A stretch of DNA of 39,207 nt from a virus: the IMG/VR virus record IMGVR_UViG_3300045988_127422, positions 1-39,207 of that record. One strand, given 5' to 3'. The translations under genes were made by a program, and so were the position numbers. A model generated the notes under the pieces. It made no database searches. It was not told where the DNA came from and saw only the letters and a program-made list of their open reading frames with translations. Of the stretch, positions 6,206 through 13,978 are shown piece by piece. Within the stretch, counting starts at the first letter, position 1; every line of letters begins with the position of its first letter.

Positions 6206-8065
6206 CTATTTTACCCTTCGCCAAAAGAAAACAACTAAATATGGTTGCACGTTATTGTGTGGAATATTGTTACCAGAACCATTTGTATGAATACTATTTA
6301 CATTGTGACTTTGACCATCAGAATGATGCGAACCATTAATGGTCATAAATTCCCACGGAGTAGTTGTTAAAACGCCAGACGTACCCCATATACCAACTTC
6401 GTGTGCGTGAGCAGGCATTTCAGAATATGATAACGTATGATAGTATTCTCCACCTTCAGAATTGGATGTAAAGGACATACTTGTACTACCATCGTTTCCA
6501 GTACCTTCACCAACCAAAGTTCGACCTTGGCCAAACTGTACCCATGTCCCGCCTAGGAATGTTCCAGGGTTCTTTTTATCATAAGTGATGTATACTGCAC
6601 CAACCGGAAATATCTTATTTAAGAACATAGGCGCTACAATATCACCTAATACTGTTAATGTGTCTTTTTGATTACTATCTTGGCCGAAGAAAGTTAATGA
6701 TCTTCCATCTTTACCAAAGTTAATTAAGGAATAAGTAGGAGTTACAGTAAATATCTGCCATGAATAATCATTCATGAACTTATCCTTAACACCGAACGCA
6801 ACCTCATAAGAGCTTGTTGCAGATGTAAATAAATTACCTGCTTTATAGTCTTGCTCAAGCGCATAGTTGTTGTCCCATGAATTTATTTTAGTCCAACTAG
6901 TAGCACCACTCGCTCTATATTGGATATAGAATGATGTTACATTCTTATTGCTTAAACTAGTAAATCCAACTTTGAAGTGTAATAAAGCATATGTACCACT
7001 TGCCTCATCAACTACATAACTTGAGTTAGTACGTTTTGCAGTTACATTAGTCAAACTTGGCGAGCTATATGCCGACACAGTAACTGAACCGCTCTTAGAT
7101 GCGGTACGACCACGTGAATCTGTAACTGTGATTGTGTACGACAACTTGCCACTTCCCTGTACAGTACCTGTAGTAAATGAACTATCATTGTATGTTTGTC
7201 CTTCAAATTTAGTTGATACAGATGTAACAGTTGAGCCTTGACTACCACTTGTAGCAATTGAGAACTTTAATCTTGATTGACTTTGAACATGTTGACCTAT
7301 TCCTACGCAGATTGAATTTATATCAGATATCGAGACCGTTCCAACGCTAGGAACGACTCCACTTCTTACTTTAATTGTTGCATTTACTGATTTTGAGCCA
7401 ACCGAAGTTGAACCACTGAATGTTTCTAATGTAAATGTAGCAATTCCGCTTGTCGAATTAGGTAAGTCCTTTTCCCATGCGGTAGGAATCGTATAAGAAA
7501 AAGTGGGTGTTAATGTCCCACTTATCGTTGTTAATTCACTTGTTTTACCATTCCATGTTGCGTAGATTTTATGTGTAAAGTTTTTTGAAGCACTCGAGCC
7601 ATTAATATTTATAGTTTTACCACATTCAATGCTAGGGCTATCAATAGATATGCTTGATGCTCTTGGAATAGTTGTCAATTTAACAGTACCACTGCAAGAA
7701 CCAGTAATAGGTGCATAATATCCAGAGTTACTTCCACTGAAAGATGCGCTTGCTGAAATTGTTTTTGAACCATCTGCATCATGTGAAATAGTTACCGTTC
7801 CACTTTTTACACCAACAAGAGTTCCAGCTGGAACATTAGGTGTAAAGCTTTGATCTAACACTTGAGTACCATTCACGGATACTTTAAATGTTTCTGGAAT
7901 TCCATTGTGTGTATGGTACTGCGTATTAGATCGAATACCAACCCACCACTCTACATATGATGTGTTGTTTTCAACAGAATAAGATATTTCATTGATTCGT
8001 AATATTAACGAGTATTTATCCCACTGACCACTACCAATTTGTATTCCACCACTAAATTCTGCCAT
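6206..8065 (-). CDS. Receptor-binding / tail-fibre protein with a C-terminal tail-collar-like domain (currently expressed tip = 6206..6478)
   Basis: It is the last structural gene after Tal. It has Ser/Thr/Gly-rich beta-type repeats. The C-terminus reads FPVGAVYITYDKKNPGTFLGGTWVQFGQGRTLVG...SMSFTSNSEGGEYYHTLSYSEMPAHAH...PHNNVQPYLVVFFWRRVK, the phage tail collar (PF07484-like) pattern. Confidence 0.8.
   Translation of the reverse strand: MAEFSGGIQIGSGQWDKYSLILRINEISYSVENNTSYVEWWVGIRSNTQYHTHNGIPETFKVSVNGTQVLDQSFTPNVPAGTLVGVKSGTVTISHDADGSKTISASASFSGSNSGYYAPITGSCSGTVKLTTIPRASSISIDSPSIECGKTININGSSASKNFTHKIYATWNGKTSELTTISGTLTPTFSYTIPTAWEKDLPNSTSGIATFTLETFSGSTSVGSKSVNATIKVRSGVVPSVGTVSISDINSICVGIGQHVQSQSRLKFSIATSGSQGSTVTSVSTKFEGQTYNDSSFTTGTVQGSGKLSYTITVTDSRGRTASKSGSVTVSAYSSPSLTNVTAKRTNSSYVVDEASGTYALLHFKVGFTSLSNKNVTSFYIQYRASGATSWTKINSWDNNYALEQDYKAGNLFTSATSSYEVAFGVKDKFMNDYSWQIFTVTPTYSLINFGKDGRSLTFFGQDSNQKDTLTVLGDIVAPMFLNKIFPVGAVYITYDKKNPGTFLGGTWVQFGQGRTLVGEGTGNDGSTSMSFTSNSEGGEYYHTLSYSEMPAHAHEVGIWGTSGVLTTTPWEFMTINGSHHSDGQSHNVNSIHTNGSGNNIPHNNVQPYLVVFFWRRVK
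6468..6480 (-). repeat. Shufflon core site 6, inside the expressed RBP gene (minus strand GTATGTCCTTTAC)
   Basis: The plus strand reads GTAAAGGACATAC and encodes the SMSFT junction of the RBP. Confidence 0.85.
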
Positions 8066-8069
8066 TTAA

Positions 8070-11000
8070 TCACCCTACTTTCTTGAAGTCTAGCGAGCCA
8101 TTTGCTCTTGGCACGAATCCAAATGCACCAACTTTCAAAGACTGTGTGAATTGTCCATCTGTGATGTACATTGTTTGATCGTTTATATAAGTAACTTTCG
8201 CACCATTCTTTTGAATCGACCATTCTTGGTTTGTAATCTTAGTTTTAAATGCACTGTCTGATTTACCTAAAGTCAACGCATCATTATCGAAAGACATATA
8301 ACTGTTTACGTTATCTGCAGTTTGTTTTAAACCATCCAATCTACCATTCACACTGCTGATTTGACCATTCATTTCATTTTTAGCATCGGTCACGCTTCGA
8401 TTAATTGACCACGTAAAATCGCTCTTAGTTTGGCTAAACTGAGTAGATACTTCTTCTTTATAATGATTCAAAGCCGAATTTGATACGTAAGTTTCGCTAA
8501 CTTTCGCAGTAATTTCATTCGCTTTTGTCTCAATGGCAGATTGTCGTTCTGTACGTTCTTCATTGACTGCTTCCCATGAACTATCACATACAGGAGTGGT
8601 ATAAACTGTTGAAGCAGGATTCTTATAAACCACTTTATACCTAGTCCATAAATATTTACCATTTGACCACGTAGGCATTGATTCAACCCATGAGCCACCG
8701 GTTTGAGTGGTTTTCGAGTCGCTCATGTAATACTGTTGTGTCATACTAGCTACACCAGTACCAGTCGCACCAGTAGGGCCTTGAGCCCCTGTTGCTCCTT
8801 TATCACCTTTCAATCCCTGAGGTCCTTGAGGACCAACATCTCCTTTTAATCCCTGTACTCCTTGCGGTCCACGTTCTCCTGTGGCACCAGTGGCTCCTCT
8901 ATCTCCTTGAGCTCCTTTTATTTTGGCCCATGTATAACTTGAAACAGAATTAGAGTCGGCCTCAACAAAATCTGTATAAGTACCAATATAATCCCCTACA
9001 GTCTCTCCTGAATTAGAAGTAAATGTTTTACCACCATCATTTGAATACTTTACATGAAAATATGTAGTTTTTCCTGTAGCTCCATCTTTACCAGGAGTTC
9101 CATTAGTTCCATCTTTTACAGTTTGACTTGTTTTTGTACCATCAGGGTTATTTACAGTAATAGTTGTAGTGTTTCCACTTTTGCTAACAGACACAGTTGG
9201 TGATTTACCATCAGCGCCTTTAGGACCAGTATCTCCTTTTAGTCCTTGAGGACCCTGTGAACCTGTCTCGCCCTTAACTCCTTGTGGCCCTTGAGGTCCT
9301 GTTTGTCCGATTTCGCCTTTTTCACCTTTCGCTCCGTTCACACCCATACGAGCTACAGAATATCCAACAGTAGGAGTTCCGCTTGTATAGTTAGTTGTAG
9401 TCTTTGTCCATAAATATGAACCTTGAGCAACAGATGGAATTGTAGAAGACCATGTTCCTGTAGGTACAGTAGTGCCAGAAGTAGAAGCTTGGTATTCAAC
9501 GGATGTACTTTTAACACCACGACCATCAAACTCACCACTATTAGCTCTATCAGTTAGACTATTGGCTTTATTTAATGCACTTGATGCATTACTGTTTGCA
9601 GTATTTGCCACTCCTTTAATTTCTGTAACAGATGTAGCTTGTAATTTAATAGCTTTTGAATTCTGTTCAATTGCAGTTGTGTTAGAAGTAACTTTGTTTG
9701 TTAGTTCTGCAAGGTCTTTCTGAGCTTGTTCTGCTTTAGCTTTTGCATCATCCGCCACTCCTTGAGCCGTCTTTGCATTATTGATTGCCGTAGTTGCGTT
9801 GCTTTGAGCCTTAGTTGCATCAGACTGAGCTTTCTGTACTGCAGATTCTGCGTTTGTTAAACGTGTTTGAGCTTTTGTAATTTCACTCTCAGTCGCATCA
9901 ACACGACCTGTGACTGTTTCTAAATTAGCTTTTGCATCTGCCAATTCTTTATTAGCATTGTCTAAGTTAGTTTGAGCACTATCTGCTTTTTTCTTCGCTT
10001 GGTCTGCTAGAGTTTGAGCGCTCTGAGCATTACCTAAAGCTTTATCTGCTTGAGTTTGAGCATCCGTTGCTTTCTTTGTTGCATCAATAATATCTTTCTG
10101 AGCTTTAGTTGTATCAGATTGCAACTTTTCAATTGAACTTGCTTGAGTTGTGATTGAATCGGCATTTTGTTTAATCTTGGTATTTAAACTACCTTCAATG
10201 CTTGTTAAATCACTCTTAGAAGCATAAGTTTCTGATACAGTAGTCGACAATTCACCAACTTTCTTTTCAATTTCTGTTGTAACATCTGCATGAATTGTTT
10301 TTGATTCCGTAGTTAAATCAACTTTTGTAGCGTATGTTTCTTTAACTGTATTGATTTCATTTGCATTTGCATTTGCTTTATCAACCGCATCTTGAATTTG
10401 TTGCTTTGAATCAGTGATATCGCCTTTAATCGCATCAATCTGTTTCTGAGCGTTACCAGTACTAGTATTGGCATCTTGTGCTAGTTGCTTAGCTTCACTT
10501 GATTGAGCATTTGCAGTTGTAGCTAATTCATTCGCTTTACTTGCAGCCGTTTGAGCTTGTGTTGCTTTTTCAACTGCTTCTTTTGATTGCACATTTGCTT
10601 GAGACACTTGAGTGTGAATCTCACCGATTTGCGCATCAATCTCATTCCAGGTATTATCAAATATAGCTTTCGTATACTTGATTTCACTAGGATTAGCATA
10701 CGTACATTTCCAACGTTTCCAAAGGAATTTATCTGATTGATAAACCACATTACCAACGAACCATTCGCCACCAATTAATTCGGTTTGTGATGTTGAATAA
10801 TAGAATTGTTCTTCGGCACTCACAAATGACTGACCATCTTCCCCTTTAATTGCACTCCATCGGTATTTGGTTGGGTCATCACTGCCATATTGCTTTGAGT
10901 CAGAATACTGACCAATAAATTTACGATTTGAGTCTGTCAAACTGAAATCAACACGACCATCTGAACTGTTGGCATAGGCAATATGCACATATGCACTTGT

Positions 11001-12452
11001 TCCATTCTGACCATCTTGTAGTCGCATTACAGTGACTTCTGCGCTTGCTTTAAGTATTTCACCACTCATTGCTTTAAATCGATATACGGCCTTTTCTGTG
11101 AAATCTGAAGCGTTGACTGTGATTGTTTGGCTAGTTGATAATTGCACATCATCTTTATACCAAATGATTGAATACTTAGATGTAATATCAACACCATCAT
11201 TTTTAACTAATGCAGTCAATTTAGTTGAATCTGAATCATTTTTAAAAAGAACCCCATTTGAAGATACAATCGAGCCTTCATAAACTTTTTTTAACTCAAT
11301 CATCTTGTTCATTTCTGAAATAAGAGCCGAACTAATCTGTGATTGTTTTTCTTCAAAGTTATCAAAAATTGTCTTGCACTTTTCTGTATCTGTAAAACAA
11401 ATCTCTTGTTCCGTTATTCGTGCTTCTAAATATAAAGTAGGACTATACTCCGCATCTTCGATGGTAAATGTATCGCCAATATCAGCATCAATATATGCAT
11501 CTACATCGTATGTAACTTTAGGAACACAATTCTTTTTCAATTGAGCTAGTGCTTGACCATATAAGGTTTCTACACTGTCTGTTTCATAAGACCACACTAG
11601 CACTGCATACATATCGTTTGAATGATTTGTTAATAACGTACTAGGAAATCTATCTCTAGATTGAGGTGCAAGTATATTGTTACCTTGAACTTTATACAAA
11701 ACGTTTCCATTTGAATCTTTTACAACACGGCCACTAATCGAGTTAAGTTGTAACCCATTATTACCCGTAGGTCTGATACCTGTATACAACTCTGTAATAT
11801 CACTTGTTTTAGTGATTCCGTAAACATCATTAGGATATCTTAAGATCGTACTGCGTTTATCTGTTCCCATACCTTGAACTGAATCTGAATGAGCACGATA
11901 AATATTCAACACAACATTCTTCAACGAGTAATCATCATTTAATTGAGTAATAAACTCTAGCTCTGCATCAAATACATTTGCGATTGAATACAATCTTGCA
12001 AGCACTGTATCACTGCCAGTCCATTCGTGACTAATCTTCTTATTAGATACTTCATTTCGGCCAATTGTGAATGATTGCTCAAATCCATACGCACTAACAT
12101 ATTCTGCAAATGACATCGCTCTAGGCGCTTTATATGCATCTACATATTCATTCGTTAATTCAAGGCAAAGACCATAGGCGGTAACGTTTGTCGTGTTACC
12201 ACCTTTTTCTACGTTCATGATCGTTAAATAATAGCCTTTGTTCTTTCTTGTAAAGCTCAGTTTATTTCCTTCAACTAAAAAGGCTGCATCATCATGTGCA
12301 GTCAATGTTGTAAATTCAAATGTATATGCCGAGCCTTTCAAGTATGTATGCAAGGTTTCATCAAAGTAATGCATTGCGCTAGGTACTGTATTGTCTAAAA
12401 AAGCTAGAACCTTGTCGTATGGAGTCAATACTGCTATTCTGATTTGTTCCAT
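8070..12452 (-). CDS. Tal-like tail tip / minor structural protein (about 1460 aa) with coiled-coil and collagen-like regions
   Basis: It follows Dit. The N-terminal roughly 380 aa resemble the prophage-tail (Tal, SPP1 gp21-type) domain. It contains repeated Y.H.(A/K)Y(A/S)...Y.W..IKG and QYY.S.S....GG.W.....(K/S)(Y/F)LW.R modules. I prefer the ATG at 12452 (MEQIRI) because GGAGG lies 10 nt upstream and it forms a TAATG junction with the upstream frame. The track start at 12461 is only 1 nt from the SD. Confidence 0.8.
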   Translation of the reverse strand: MEQIRIAVLTPYDKVLAFLDNTVPSAMHYFDETLHTYLKGSAYTFEFTTLTAHDDAAFLVEGNKLSFTRKNKGYYLTIMNVEKGGNTTNVTAYGLCLELTNEYVDAYKAPRAMSFAEYVSAYGFEQSFTIGRNEVSNKKISHEWTGSDTVLARLYSIANVFDAELEFITQLNDDYSLKNVVLNIYRAHSDSVQGMGTDKRSTILRYPNDVYGITKTSDITELYTGIRPTGNNGLQLNSISGRVVKDSNGNVLYKVQGNNILAPQSRDRFPSTLLTNHSNDMYAVLVWSYETDSVETLYGQALAQLKKNCVPKVTYDVDAYIDADIGDTFTIEDAEYSPTLYLEARITEQEICFTDTEKCKTIFDNFEEKQSQISSALISEMNKMIELKKVYEGSIVSSNGVLFKNDSDSTKLTALVKNDGVDITSKYSIIWYKDDVQLSTSQTITVNASDFTEKAVYRFKAMSGEILKASAEVTVMRLQDGQNGTSAYVHIAYANSSDGRVDFSLTDSNRKFIGQYSDSKQYGSDDPTKYRWSAIKGEDGQSFVSAEEQFYYSTSQTELIGGEWFVGNVVYQSDKFLWKRWKCTYANPSEIKYTKAIFDNTWNEIDAQIGEIHTQVSQANVQSKEAVEKATQAQTAASKANELATTANAQSSEAKQLAQDANTSTGNAQKQIDAIKGDITDSKQQIQDAVDKANANANEINTVKETYATKVDLTTESKTIHADVTTEIEKKVGELSTTVSETYASKSDLTSIEGSLNTKIKQNADSITTQASSIEKLQSDTTKAQKDIIDATKKATDAQTQADKALGNAQSAQTLADQAKKKADSAQTNLDNANKELADAKANLETVTGRVDATESEITKAQTRLTNAESAVQKAQSDATKAQSNATTAINNAKTAQGVADDAKAKAEQAQKDLAELTNKVTSNTTAIEQNSKAIKLQATSVTEIKGVANTANSNASSALNKANSLTDRANSGEFDGRGVKSTSVEYQASTSGTTVPTGTWSSTIPSVAQGSYLWTKTTTNYTSGTPTVGYSVARMGVNGAKGEKGEIGQTGPQGPQGVKGETGSQGPQGLKGDTGPKGADGKSPTVSVSKSGNTTTITVNNPDGTKTSQTVKDGTNGTPGKDGATGKTTYFHVKYSNDGGKTFTSNSGETVGDYIGTYTDFVEADSNSVSSYTWAKIKGAQGDRGATGATGERGPQGVQGLKGDVGPQGPQGLKGDKGATGAQGPTGATGTGVASMTQQYYMSDSKTTQTGGSWVESMPTWSNGKYLWTRYKVVYKNPASTVYTTPVCDSSWEAVNEERTERQSAIETKANEITAKVSETYVSNSALNHYKEEVSTQFSQTKSDFTWSINRSVTDAKNEMNGQISSVNGRLDGLKQTADNVNSYMSFDNDALTLGKSDSAFKTKITNQEWSIQKNGAKVTYINDQTMYITDGQFTQSLKVGAFGFVPRANGSLDFKKVG
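8754..8915 (-). repeat. Collagen-like Gly-X-Y block 2 (18 triplets) within Tal
   Basis: GAQGDRGATGATGERGPQGVQGLKGDVGPQGPQGLKGDKGATGAQGPTGATGTG. Confidence 0.9.
9201..9335 (-). repeat. Collagen-like Gly-X-Y block 1 (15 triplets) within Tal
   Basis: GAKGEKGEIGQTGPQGPQGVKGETGSQGPQGLKGDTGPKGADGKS. Confidence 0.9.
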
Positions 12453-12676
12453 TATAACCATGCCTCCCTTATTCTAGCTTTCACTGTCGGCTTCGATTTT
12501 GACCAACTAGAGCACGTAGTCTTTATTTCTGTAGTTCCTACTGGTGCTTTAAAATACTTAGTTCCTAAAACCTCATCTTGAGGTCTAGACATTCCGTTTA
12601 CATAAACGTGTGATGACTTACCATCAATTGTAATTTTCGTACCATTAGGATATCTATTAGGAATATCTCTCCATTT
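12452..12676 (-). other. In-frame 74-codon continuation of Dit beyond its TAA stop (conserved Dit C-terminus)
   Basis: Directly after TAA (12677..12679) the same frame stays open: KWRDIPNRYPNGTKITIDGKSSHVYVNGMSRPQDEVLGTKYFKAPVGTTEIKTTCSSWSKSKPTVKARIREAWL*. It has no start codon or SD of its own at its 5' end. Its TAA overlaps the Tal ATG (TAATG), as at other junctions in this operon. Confidence 0.6.
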
Positions 12677-13978
12677 TTATACATTATTTTTTGTAAAATT
12701 GATTACATCAAATCCCATCATTGACATCAGTTGATTACCGCCTCTATCACCCCATTGCTTGAACGCAATCTGAATTTTAGCGCACTTCATATTTGCAATT
12801 TCTGGAATGTAATAATTGTAATATCCCCCCCAGTAGAAGAATCGGATGTTTCCGCCTTCTTTTAACACATCGCAATGTCCCCAACTCCAATACCAAGGAT
12901 TTTGTGTGTGTAAATGTGAAGTTGTATATGAGAAGTTTCTAAGCATTTTGCCGTTTGCCCAAAACTCATAATGTCCTGTATTGCCTACTGTATCTGTCTT
13001 GTACCAGTTACAACCACATATCAATTTATTGTCTGCAGTTAAGAAGTTGATACACATTTCTCCTGTTTGCCCCATTAGACCTGCATAAAACAACAAATGA
13101 AAATAACAATAGAAGTTCTGAGCACCACTTGCATCTCCATTTGAATCTGCAGGTATTACCAAGGTTCTTAATCCACCACTCGCAGACCCTTTTTTTGCTC
13201 CAACAGTGCCAAATCCAATAAACTTTTGATTAAACCAAGTGTGTTCGGCTAATGTACCGTTCGAACCGTACTGAGGATGCATTACATCCGTTCCACCAGT
13301 GTCATCTGCACAATTGTAAAAGTTGTTGATGCTAACTAAATGTTCGCTTTGTTGATATGTTTCTGAATCAAGCTCCTCAATTTTTCCATATTGCATTACT
13401 CCTTCAGTTGACATGATACCAATATATCCGGTTTCAGATGTTGCTTGAATTTCATAATCGATACTTACAGGCACTGTACCTTCATTTACGATGTTCAAAA
13501 CTCCATCAGTAGCAGTAAATTCTTTTTCTGTGGATGAATATTTCCTAGGATCTGAGCAATAGATTTCGATTTCACCGATCACGTTATTACTTCCGCCATC
13601 AACTTGTGTGTTAGATGTCTTAGTTCCAATGAAATACTTGTCGCTTTCATCATTAAAAATGACCTTTACTTGCTCGCCACTCAACAATTTATTCATCTTG
13701 TTGTAAGCTTCTCGAAATTCTCTGCTTCCTCTAGCTCTCAACTGGTACTTAACAGTAATCGTTCTTGCAGGACTTGTTTTATATCTGTAATAAGAACCAT
13801 CCATTCCATCAATTTCAGTATGTTTTACTTCTGATTCCATCAACTCACGTCCTGTTACAGAAAGTGTACGATATCCATCTATTTCATTTTCTAAATATAC
13901 GCCATTATATGACATGGCTTCTGTCGGTAGGTTAGTACCGACGATACCACTATTTACTGTATTTACGAATGCATACAT
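12677..13978 (-). CDS. Distal tail protein (Dit, Sipho_tail family) with a large internal insertion; ORF ends at a possibly premature TAA
   Basis: It lies between the tape measure and Tal. The N-terminal domain motif is GVLNIVNEGTVPVSIDYEI. The start overlaps the tape-measure stop (TAATG). Confidence 0.75.
   Translation of the reverse strand: MYAFVNTVNSGIVGTNLPTEAMSYNGVYLENEIDGYRTLSVTGRELMESEVKHTEIDGMDGSYYRYKTSPARTITVKYQLRARGSREFREAYNKMNKLLSGEQVKVIFNDESDKYFIGTKTSNTQVDGGSNNVIGEIEIYCSDPRKYSSTEKEFTATDGVLNIVNEGTVPVSIDYEIQATSETGYIGIMSTEGVMQYGKIEELDSETYQQSEHLVSINNFYNCADDTGGTDVMHPQYGSNGTLAEHTWFNQKFIGFGTVGAKKGSASGGLRTLVIPADSNGDASGAQNFYCYFHLLFYAGLMGQTGEMCINFLTADNKLICGCNWYKTDTVGNTGHYEFWANGKMLRNFSYTTSHLHTQNPWYWSWGHCDVLKEGGNIRFFYWGGYYNYYIPEIANMKCAKIQIAFKQWGDRGGNQLMSMMGFDVINFTKNNV

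Noticed and set aside
4746-8065. A diversity-generating retroelement as the source of tail-fibre variation.
   Set aside because: No reverse-transcriptase ORF is present in the window. There is no template/variable repeat pair differing mainly at adenines. The cassettes differ throughout in both sequence and length.
12660-12674. A short ORF starting at the ATG at 12674 (MERYS*) as the start of a gene in the Dit-Tal gap.
   Set aside because: It stops after 5 codons. The only long open frame in the gap is the Dit frame itself.
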